Assembly (NCBI GenBank): GCA_001794025.1
Contig: MGJA01000012.1
Location: 8,455-72,454, forward strand
Source: Candidatus Yanofskybacteria bacterium RIFCSPHIGHO2_01_FULL_41_21
GTDB taxonomy: Bacteria; Patescibacteriota; Minisyncoccia; 2-02-FULL-40-12; GWA2-44-9
Reading direction: 5' to 3'
Length of the DNA: 64,000 bases
Shown: positions 9,829-17,256 of the stretch, piece by piece
Layout of the letters: each line of letters opens with the position of its first letter
Numbering within the stretch: position 1 is the stretch's first letter
The notes under the pieces: model-generated
The model's input: the letters and a program-made list of their open reading frames with translations, nothing else
What the model was told of the DNA's origin: nothing
Databases searched by the model: none
Position numbers and translations under genes: made by a program

Positions 9829-11004
9829 TCACACAATAATTCCCCCGCCAAGCATTCGTTGTCCACTGTAAAAAACAGCTGACTGACCGGAAGTAACAGC
9901 CCGTTCGGGTTTTTCAAATCTTAAAATTCCTTTTTTATTTAGAGTTGCTTTAACCGATTTAGTCCGATATCGAACTTTGATATATAAACGAGCAGGTAAA
10001 ATTGGTCTATCTAACCAATTAAAATCTTCAATTCTGGCTTCATTCCCAACAACTTGAGCGTCCGGACCAACATAAATAATATTCTTTTTTATATCTTTAG
10101 CGATGACGTAAAAAGGGCCTTTGCTAGTTTTAATATCCAGTCCATGACGTTGACCAATAGTATAATAATAGACACCATCGTGTGTACCAATCTGCGCTCC
10201 GGAAAATTCGCCTATTCGCCTATTCGCGCGAATAGGCGAATAGGGGTTCTGCTTCTTGTCAAGAAGAATGATTGGTCCTTTTTTGGGTTTGATATATGTA
10301 AGTAAAAATTCTTTCATATCTAGGGGACCAATAAAACACACCCCCTGACTGTCTTTCTTCTCGGCATTCGGTAGTTTAAATTTTTTGGCCAATTTCCTAA
10401 CTTCCGGTTTTAGTAAGTCCCCAACAGGAAATAGACAGTATTTTAACTGTTTTTGGGTCAATGTCCATAGAAAATATGATTGATCTTTATTTTTGTCTTT
10501 CGCCTGATATAATTTGTATATTTCTTTTTTTTGTATTTTTGATTTATTTAGGATTTCGTATTTAGTATTTAAAATTTCCCGCTTTATGCGGGTATAATGT
10601 CCCGTCGCAATATAATCGGCACCTTCTTTTAAGGCCCGTTTTAAAAATAGTCCAAACTTAATTTCTTTATTACACATTACATCAGGATTCGGCGTTCGAC
10701 CGGATTTGTATTCCCGAATCATATAATCGGTTACTAATTTTTTGTATTCTTTGGAAAAATCCCAAGTCAATAACGGAATCCCAATCGCTGTTGCTACCCG
10801 CATCGCATCTTCTCGATCCGCTTGCCAAAGGCAAGCAGTTTCTATTCTAGAGTTTCTAGTTTCTAGTTGTGGACTCCAGGGACGCATAAAGACCCCAACA
10901 ACATTAAATCCCTGCCTTTTCAGCAGGGCTCCTGCCACAGAACTATCTACTCCCCCTGACATCCCGACATACACTGTTTTAATTTTATGTTGACTTTTTA
11001 TCAT
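9829..11004 (-). CDS. mnmA: tRNA-specific 2-thiouridylase MnmA
   Basis: PP-loop VGMSGGVDSSV, catalytic Cys region and C-terminal barrel. Carries an in-frame palindromic insertion (see the 10207 repeat). Confidence 0.9.
   Translation of the reverse strand: MIKSQHKIKTVYVGMSGGVDSSVAGALLKRQGFNVVGVFMRPWSPQLETRNSRIETACLWQADREDAMRVATAIGIPLLTWDFSKEYKKLVTDYMIREYKSGRTPNPDVMCNKEIKFGLFLKRALKEGADYIATGHYTRIKREILNTKYEILNKSKIQKKEIYKLYQAKDKNKDQSYFLWTLTQKQLKYCLFPVGDLLKPEVRKLAKKFKLPNAEKKDSQGVCFIGPLDMKEFLLTYIKPKKGPIILLDKKQNPYSPIRANRRIGEFSGAQIGTHDGVYYYTIGQRHGLDIKTSKGPFYVIAKDIKKNIIYVGPDAQVVGNEARIEDFNWLDRPILPARLYIKVRYRTKSVKATLNKKGILRFEKPERAVTSGQSAVFYSGQRMLGGGIIV
10207..10243. repeat. intragenic perfect palindrome (CCTATTCG x2 then CGAATAGG x2) inserted in-frame in mnmA
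   Basis: Sequence ttcgCCTATTCGCCTATTCGCGCGAATAGGCGAATAGGgg. Encodes extra residues (NPYSPIRANRRIGEFSG) at a position where E. coli MnmA, from memory, has only GDE. Confidence 0.6.
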
Positions 11005-11043
11005 CTAGATGTTTAAATGTACACGAAAGGATGGACTTTTACA

Positions 11044-11817
11044 ATGTATCACAGACCACTGCCATACGTAGGAATAACTGATTTCACTCATCCGGAACAA
11101 GTTGAGCAGATGCTCGCGATTTTCAAAAAATCACTGGCAAAGCATCAACTTATGGTTGGCGTCATGATGAGCTACAAAACACTCCATGGTCTGCCAACCA
11201 AATGGACAAAAGCTTTCCCACCAAAAGAAAGTATCGCTGACATTTTCTATTCGGACGATACCTATAATTGCCTGCACTATGCAGATTACAAGGACTATTC
11301 TATTAGGCTTTGGGAAAATCTAAGTCATGTCATCTCATATGGTGGTATCGGTATTCACGCCCTGCAACTGGATATGATCTGGCCCAACCCTAATGCTATC
11401 TGGCATTCAGTCCACTCATCAAGGAAACAGTTGGAAGTCATCCTCCAACTCAATACCAACGCACTGGCGGAGGTCGGAGATAATCCAGAAGCTCTGGTTA
11501 ATAGACTGGCTGAATACGAAGGTATAGTCCATCGTGTCCTTCTCGATAAGAGTATGGGACGAGGCCTGGGAATGGACGTGAATTTCTTGCGACCATTTCT
11601 TTATGCTCTCTCAACGAAAACGCCTTGGCTATCTCTTGGGGTTGCTGGTGGACTTGGTCCAAAGACGATGCACTTATTGGGAACCTTGCCAAAAGATTTT
11701 CCCAATTTGAGTATTGATGCTCAAGGTCAACTCCGTCCAAGCGGTTCTGCTCTTGACCCAATCGATTGGGATATGGCCAGGGACTACGTTGTACAAGCAT
11801 TAACAATTTTTAGATAA
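11044..11817 (+). CDS. hypothetical protein; weak TrpF/PRAI-like TIM-barrel C-terminal motif
   Basis: ORF 11017..11817, likely starting at the second Met (MYHRPLPYVGITDF). C-terminal AGGLGPKT...IDAQGQLRPSG weakly resembles the AGGLxPxN...VDxSSGVE motif of phosphoribosylanthranilate isomerase. Confidence 0.4.
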   Translation: MYHRPLPYVGITDFTHPEQVEQMLAIFKKSLAKHQLMVGVMMSYKTLHGLPTKWTKAFPPKESIADIFYSDDTYNCLHYADYKDYSIRLWENLSHVISYGGIGIHALQLDMIWPNPNAIWHSVHSSRKQLEVILQLNTNALAEVGDNPEALVNRLAEYEGIVHRVLLDKSMGRGLGMDVNFLRPFLYALSTKTPWLSLGVAGGLGPKTMHLLGTLPKDFPNLSIDAQGQLRPSGSALDPIDWDMARDYVVQALTIFR

Positions 11818-11837
11818 ACTTTATTTACCCGCATTAA

Positions 11838-11880
11838 ACAGGAGACCCGCGCTCCAACAGTGCGGGTTTTCTGTTTTTTA
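11838..11880 (+). terminator. rho-independent terminator
   Basis: ACCCGCG-CTCCAACAG-TGCGGGT hairpin followed by TTTCTGTTTTTT. Confidence 0.55.
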
Positions 11881-11904
11881 TAAATAATCAAGTGAGGTCG
11901 TAAT

Positions 11905-12065
11905 CCAATTCGAGACAATCTAGACGTTACAGGAGTTGGTTGATATAATTAACGGTCAGCAGACCGATCAACCAACGAACTGCAATGCGAGTTTAGCTGA
12001 GGTGACGAAGGTAGCCCGAAGGGTACCAAGGAACCGGAGGCGTGTCGAGAATGGGTTACGACTCC
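11905..12065. repeat. Family B about 160-nt structured element, copy B1, immediately 3' of the 12072..13445 gene
   Basis: About 90% identical to 49908..50068. On the minus (gene-sense) strand it forms nested hairpins GUUGGUUGAU[CGGUC-UGCU-GACCG]...AUCAACCAAC and GGUACCC-UUCG-GGCUACC (UUCG tetraloop). Confidence 0.55.
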
Positions 12066-12071
12066 GCTTGA

Positions 12072-13445
12072 TTATTGAGACAGAGTTGCCAGAGATGAGG
12101 ATTGGTGTTCTTGGAGCCAGCGGAGTTTGACCAGATAGCCCTTGGTTTCGTCTTTGAGACCACCGGTCTTGGAAGTAAGGGCGTTAACCCAGTCCTGAAT
12201 ACCGCCAAGAATTGAGGCGGTGAGGGTCTTATAAACCCACCGAGGCGCGCCATTATAAGAAGAGGCCAAATATTCTTCCAACTTAGGATCATTAACAATT
12301 TCTTTACCATGAGCCAACATCAGACCTCTTAAATTCTCGTCATACAATAAGATGGCGGCCTTCATGGAATTTAAATGATCCGCAGCCCCAGTTTTAAAGT
12401 CCTTAATCAATTTGGCTGAAGGATAACTTTTTACAATATTGGCATAAGTACGGGGAGTAAATTGGAGCCAACCACAGGCGCTTGAACTATTGCAGGTGGC
12501 ATTAAAGGCCTGGTCTTGATTCGCCCCAATTATGACTTGAGCTCGTTCAATAGTATTCTGCGGGTCAATTTGAAATTCAGTAAGATCGGTTTGCTCTAGA
12601 AGTGGAATCCGACTAAAAAAATCGGAACGTGATTTAAAAACATCAATCACTAGCGTTCCGGAAATCGCGCGGGACTTAACATTAGCCACACGAAGGTCAT
12701 CAAAGGCCTTACTAATAACTGTGTTGGTGTAATCTATGCCCGATTTTACCAAATCGGATGAATGTAAATCTGGACTATACGGTGAATATAATTGATATTT
12801 TATAGTTCGTTGAGTGGAATAAACCGTCCTACCTTTTACTTTCTTAGCAACCGTAGTATCTGTTTCGTTTGGATAAACATTGGCAATAACCACACTATCC
12901 GTAGGAATATTGACTTTATAAGCGGTATTCCAGCCATTCCAAATAATTCCATTCGGACGTCGCAGAATATTAATATTAAATCCGGATGGAGCGATTAATT
13001 CTGCCCCACGTTTTATAATGGTTACAATTTTAATCTCGCCTGATGAAATATTCAAAATCGCCAGAGCAATCTCTTTTTCCGGTTCCTTGAAACTTTTTAC
13101 TGTCAGGGCCAATTTCCCTTTAACCGATGTGTAACGTGTTTCCGTGTAAGCGATAGGTTTATTCCCGACGGTTAAAGTTGTATTTCTTAAAAGTTCTTTG
13201 GCTTCTGTAATTTTTTGAGATACAGTCCAAACCGGTGTTGGAATAGGTGTTGCGGTTATAACAGGAGTCGGTGTAACTATAATTTGGCGAGGCGAAAATA
13301 GACCCATTAATATTGGAATATTTTGGGCATAAACATTAAAACTCCCCACAACAATAATAACGCCAACAATGAGGACGCCTAATAATAATTTTGTATTATA
13401 AATTTTGTTCAATTCTATTAGATAGCGCTTGTACTTTATTAGCAT
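12072..13445 (-). CDS. secreted/membrane-anchored protein with C-terminal lytic-transglycosylase-like (SLT-like) region
   Basis: N-terminal TM. C-terminal SSSACGWLQFTPRTY resembles the GxxGLMQxxPxT motif of the SLT domain. The catalytic Glu context is not evident. Confidence 0.5.
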   Translation of the reverse strand: MLIKYKRYLIELNKIYNTKLLLGVLIVGVIIVVGSFNVYAQNIPILMGLFSPRQIIVTPTPVITATPIPTPVWTVSQKITEAKELLRNTTLTVGNKPIAYTETRYTSVKGKLALTVKSFKEPEKEIALAILNISSGEIKIVTIIKRGAELIAPSGFNINILRRPNGIIWNGWNTAYKVNIPTDSVVIANVYPNETDTTVAKKVKGRTVYSTQRTIKYQLYSPYSPDLHSSDLVKSGIDYTNTVISKAFDDLRVANVKSRAISGTLVIDVFKSRSDFFSRIPLLEQTDLTEFQIDPQNTIERAQVIIGANQDQAFNATCNSSSACGWLQFTPRTYANIVKSYPSAKLIKDFKTGAADHLNSMKAAILLYDENLRGLMLAHGKEIVNDPKLEEYLASSYNGAPRWVYKTLTASILGGIQDWVNALTSKTGGLKDETKGYLVKLRWLQEHQSSSLATLSQ

Positions 13446-14736
13446 AATTTACACAATCAGCCCGAGTACTTTTAGAATTACCGCAATAATAGGCCTTGGA
13501 TGCGGCAATTTCGCCGGCTCTGGTTTTAGAATTGGCTCCACCACGAGAAAGTTTTGCCGCCGCCGCGATAAAAGCATCTTCTATATTCCAGGGATTTGCT
13601 AAGGGACGACCCGTAATTCTGGCAACCTCGTCTTTATAGCCCATCCAAGTTGAGGGAATAAACTGGGCCGGCCCCATTGCACCACCCCAACCATTACCTA
13701 TCGGACAAGACACAGCTGTCGTTTCCGGATCCATCCCTAATTCAGATGTAATTTTTAAAAATGGTTGGATATCGCGAGTAGGTTTCATAATAACTCTATA
13801 ACCCTTTGAGGGTGGATCGCCAGCCCGATTACATTTGCCGACATTTCGTCCTAACCCGGATTCAAGTTCAAGTTCAGCAATAAGAAATGCCGGGCGAATA
13901 CCGGTTGCAATTGCGGCCAGATTACCAAATTTAACAGCATCGTCAGCCGTCACGCCATTTTGCTGTAAGTAAAAAATCTCGGCTTTAATTTTTTCTATCT
14001 TAGATTGAGATTGACTTACTAATGTCTGAAATTTTGATTCTTGACCCTTTGTCTCTTTTAAAAGTTTGTCTTTTTGGGCCTTATTTTGATCAACACTTCT
14101 TTTATTAATTTCTTCCAGACCTTTCTGTTTTTCAAGATCGGTTCGTTTGTCTTCCAGTTCTTGCCCCTTTTCTTCAAGTGACACTTTGAGAGCTTGAATC
14201 CCATCTATGACCACCCTCAACTCATCTTGGGTTGTTTTAATACTATTTAAATCAGTGAAAAAATCTGAAAGCGCTTCGTGTTTGAGTAAAACAGTGGTCA
14301 ATGTCTCTTGATCGTTTTGATATAAAATTCTTAAATACTGTCCCAAGATAACCTGATTCTTGGCAATTTCTACTTCGGCTTCCTTAATTTTTTCTTGAGT
14401 GCTTTGAACTTCAGAATTTGTCTTGGCAATGGAGAGACCCAAGCTTTTTATTTCTAAGTTAAGTTGATTTATTTTGGCGTTTAATTTAGATACCTCGCTC
14501 TGAAGCGTCACTTTTGTGGGTTGAATCGCATCAATTTGTTGCTGATATTGTTCTATTTCTCGTTGAATTGCATCAATTTCAGAATATTTTTTATTTACGT
14601 CATCAGTAACAGCTGCTTGAGCCAAAAGACCGAAACACAACCCCGACATGATTATTGCCGAAAACCCGCCCAACCAGATGATTCTGGTCATTCGGGCAGG
14701 TACTAAAAACCCCCGATATTCTAATACTCGTTTCAT
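13396..14736 (-). CDS. coiled-coil protein with C-terminal lytic murein transglycosylase (SLT) domain
   Basis: ELESGLG ... GAMGPAQFIPSTW is a classic SLT catalytic motif. Long N-terminal coiled coil after a TM helix. The ORF-track start 14865 extends through Family C element C-b; the start is probably Met at 14736 (MKRVLEY) or 14691. Confidence 0.7.
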   Translation of the reverse strand: MKRVLEYRGFLVPARMTRIIWLGGFSAIIMSGLCFGLLAQAAVTDDVNKKYSEIDAIQREIEQYQQQIDAIQPTKVTLQSEVSKLNAKINQLNLEIKSLGLSIAKTNSEVQSTQEKIKEAEVEIAKNQVILGQYLRILYQNDQETLTTVLLKHEALSDFFTDLNSIKTTQDELRVVIDGIQALKVSLEEKGQELEDKRTDLEKQKGLEEINKRSVDQNKAQKDKLLKETKGQESKFQTLVSQSQSKIEKIKAEIFYLQQNGVTADDAVKFGNLAAIATGIRPAFLIAELELESGLGRNVGKCNRAGDPPSKGYRVIMKPTRDIQPFLKITSELGMDPETTAVSCPIGNGWGGAMGPAQFIPSTWMGYKDEVARITGRPLANPWNIEDAFIAAAAKLSRGGANSKTRAGEIAASKAYYCGNSKSTRADCVNYANKVQALSNRIEQNL

Positions 14737-14747
14737 CCCAGGTAGTA

Positions 14748-14872
14748 GAAATCCGACCTGCGCTTTGTTTTGCTTACTAAAACGCAAGAATAATATCTCT
14801 ATTTTATCTATTAAATGCCACAAATAGTGAAGGTTAAGCGCATGCAAAACATGTCGGATTTTCACTACCTGG
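14748..14872. mobile_element. Family C MITE-like element, long copy (C-b)
   Basis: TIRs CCAGGTAGTAGAAATCCGAC ... GTCGGATTTTCACTACCTGG. Sits 11 nt upstream of the likely start of the transglycosylase gene. Confidence 0.55.
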
Positions 14873-15008
14873 CATCCTATTCATTGTATCATATATCTAC
14901 GAGTCAAGGGATAATTAAATTACCTTTAAATATTGGTCTCAAAATGAATGGTTGATAATTATTTGGTTTTACCGTGTCAAAAAGTTATAATATATATAAC
15001 AATCCAGA

Positions 15009-17225
15009 ATGATAAAAGTCCAAAATAATCTCCGACGTTTTGTCTGTTTTCTTTTAGTTATCTTAGCATCTTTTATTTTTGTAAATTCGGTCTCAGCTGT
15101 CACTCTTGGAATTTCCGGAAATCGTTTTACTCTTGATGGCCAAGCCAAATTTTTGGTCTTAAGTGGTTATTGGGATGGCTTGGATGCTCCTAATCCATCA
15201 GCTGACCTTAATTATCTTAAATCTAAAGGGTTTGATGGTATTAGAATATTTCCTAATTTGTGGGATTATTGTGCTGGTTGTTCTTCTGAATTTACACCTG
15301 GCAACAACCCAGTTATTAAACCCGATGGAACCATAAACCAATCTAGATTAAATCAATTAATTTCAATTATAGACACGGCAAATAGTTTGGGAATGATTGT
15401 TGATGTAACATTTGCCAGAGAAACAATAGCAGGAAATTGCCAAGCTAGCGCGGGGAATCCTGTTATTTGTATCACAGAATTTAAAAATGGAGTTATATCC
15501 GTCGTTAATGCTCTTAAAAATAAAACTAATGTTTTTTACGATTTATCTAATGAATACGATCATCCAGCAATAGATGTCCCTAATGCTGATATAATAGACC
15601 TCAAAAATAGAATCCGAAGTAACGTGGGGACAAACATAATTCTCTCTGTTTCTAGTAGCCAACCCAGCGGCTCTGTAGCAATAAATAATGCCCGTTCTAT
15701 GGGTATGAATTTAGTAAGTGTTCACTGGGCTTCTGGAACAACAGAATTAAATACCAGCCTTTATCCTGGTTCAATAATTTCATCTTTGCCGACATATGTG
15801 GGAGAGCCATATAATACCCACTCTGTGTCTGGTTACACTTCAGCGGAACTTATAAATGGAGTGGTAGAAGCAAAGAAGGCCGGTATCGCCGCTTGGTTGT
15901 TCCATTCAGATGCCACTTTCTTATCAAATGGTGAATATCCAATTAGATTTCAAAGCAATGAACAAGGATTTGTAAATAGTTTTTTATCGGCTTTACAAAG
16001 TGTAACTTGGGGTGGGGGTGGGGGCGGGGGTGGGACGGTACCACCGCCAACCAGTGGGGCTTGCATAAATCCGGCACCGGCCACATCAACTGTTCCGGAC
16101 ATGAAATCGGTTGTCCAAGGGGTAGCAGCGGCTCATCCAAACTGGTTACAAGACGTGTGTAATAGTTATGATTTTATAGACGAAGTAGTAAGACAATTAA
16201 GGGCTGGCCCAGGCGGGACGAGATGGGCTTATGAAGCGAAGCGGGCCAACTTAAGTGATCCTTGGCAGGAAGGAATTTCTTATTACTACGGTTCAGGAAA
16301 CGCACCAACTCCAGGAACAATGAGTCAATATGAGGTCTTTGCAATTGATATCGTTCATCAATATTGCGGTGTTGCCGGCGGAGGCACAAATACTGCTGAT
16401 TGGAATGTTGCAGATTGGCCTTATCGCAGTCCAAACTTAGTAGAAGTCGCTTATCTCTATCCAAGAAACGCCGGTGGCTCTCTGCCTGCTCCCCAACTTT
16501 GTACGGGGCAACCCCCTCCCCAGCCGCCACCGCCGCCCACCGGTCCGCCGACAATAACCGGTATCAGTCCTCTAAGAGCGGCTATCGGTCAAACAGTAGA
16601 AATTTATGGCACGAATTTAGTTGAAGATATTAAATTAGAATTATCGGATGGAAGATTTTACACGGTAACAGGAGTAGTTGATTTTCAAAGAACAACTCTT
16701 AGTTTCACAGTCCCCGATGCTCCCGCCGGTTCCTACAAAATATCTATCACCGGACCAAGTGGTTCAGCTACCAGTCCTCAAAATTTAGAAGTAGTTGCTG
16801 GTGGTTCCGGCTTCCCCCCTCCCCTTAACCTAGGTGTGCCTTCAGAAGGTCTACCAACTGATTTAGGACAGCTTATTGAGGCAATATTCAGTTGGTCTCT
16901 TTCTTTGATTGGTTTAGTTATCTTTGTCCGTTTCTTCTATGCCGGATTCTTATGGTTTACGGCGGCGGGTAATACAAATAGGACGGGACAAGCAAAAGAT
17001 ATAATGAAAAACGCCATTTATGGCGCTTTGATTCTTTTCTCGGCTTGGTTGATTCTTAATACTATCAACCCTGATTTGGTGGGAGGGGTCTTTGATTTAC
17101 CGGGGCTATCGGGGACGGCACCAACAAGCGGGACAGGAGGAACAGGAACAGCGGTCACTTGTAACAATGGTGTTTGCAGTAATGGTTTTACTGGGCCTTG
17201 TCAGGCCCCAACTGACTGTCAATAA
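15009..17225 (+). CDS. large secreted multidomain protein: signal peptide, GH5-like glycoside hydrolase region, poly-Gly and poly-Pro linkers, IPT/TIG-like domain, C-terminal two-helix TrbC/VirB2-pilin-like module, Cys-rich tail
   Basis: Signal peptide FVCFLLVILASFIFVNSVSA. LSNEYDHP resembles the GH5 NEP acid/base motif. ITGISP...VEIYGTNL is IPT/TIG-like. The C-terminal 100 aa (LIEAIFSWSLSLIGLVIFVRFFYAGFLWFTAAGN...AKDIMKNAIYGALILFSAWLIL) has two hydrophobic helices separated by a short loop. Confidence 0.8.
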   Translation: MIKVQNNLRRFVCFLLVILASFIFVNSVSAVTLGISGNRFTLDGQAKFLVLSGYWDGLDAPNPSADLNYLKSKGFDGIRIFPNLWDYCAGCSSEFTPGNNPVIKPDGTINQSRLNQLISIIDTANSLGMIVDVTFARETIAGNCQASAGNPVICITEFKNGVISVVNALKNKTNVFYDLSNEYDHPAIDVPNADIIDLKNRIRSNVGTNIILSVSSSQPSGSVAINNARSMGMNLVSVHWASGTTELNTSLYPGSIISSLPTYVGEPYNTHSVSGYTSAELINGVVEAKKAGIAAWLFHSDATFLSNGEYPIRFQSNEQGFVNSFLSALQSVTWGGGGGGGGTVPPPTSGACINPAPATSTVPDMKSVVQGVAAAHPNWLQDVCNSYDFIDEVVRQLRAGPGGTRWAYEAKRANLSDPWQEGISYYYGSGNAPTPGTMSQYEVFAIDIVHQYCGVAGGGTNTADWNVADWPYRSPNLVEVAYLYPRNAGGSLPAPQLCTGQPPPQPPPPPTGPPTITGISPLRAAIGQTVEIYGTNLVEDIKLELSDGRFYTVTGVVDFQRTTLSFTVPDAPAGSYKISITGPSGSATSPQNLEVVAGGSGFPPPLNLGVPSEGLPTDLGQLIEAIFSWSLSLIGLVIFVRFFYAGFLWFTAAGNTNRTGQAKDIMKNAIYGALILFSAWLILNTINPDLVGGVFDLPGLSGTAPTSGTGGTGTAVTCNNGVCSNGFTGPCQAPTDCQ
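16803..17110 (+). repeat. duplicated about 308-nt C-terminal module (copy 1) shared with 19264..19571 at about 93-95% nucleotide identity
   Basis: Direct comparison of the two nucleotide stretches; they differ only at scattered positions. Confidence 0.8.
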
Positions 17226-17256
17226 AACACCTTAGAGAAAATAACAAAATAAGATA

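Noticed and set aside
15943-16624. Minus-strand ORFs 15943..16140 and 16174..16554 and plus ORF 16400..16624 inside the first secreted giant
   Set aside because: Embedded in alternative frames of a long, motif-supported CDS. Pro/Arg/His-rich, which fits translation of a GC-rich linker region in the wrong frame.
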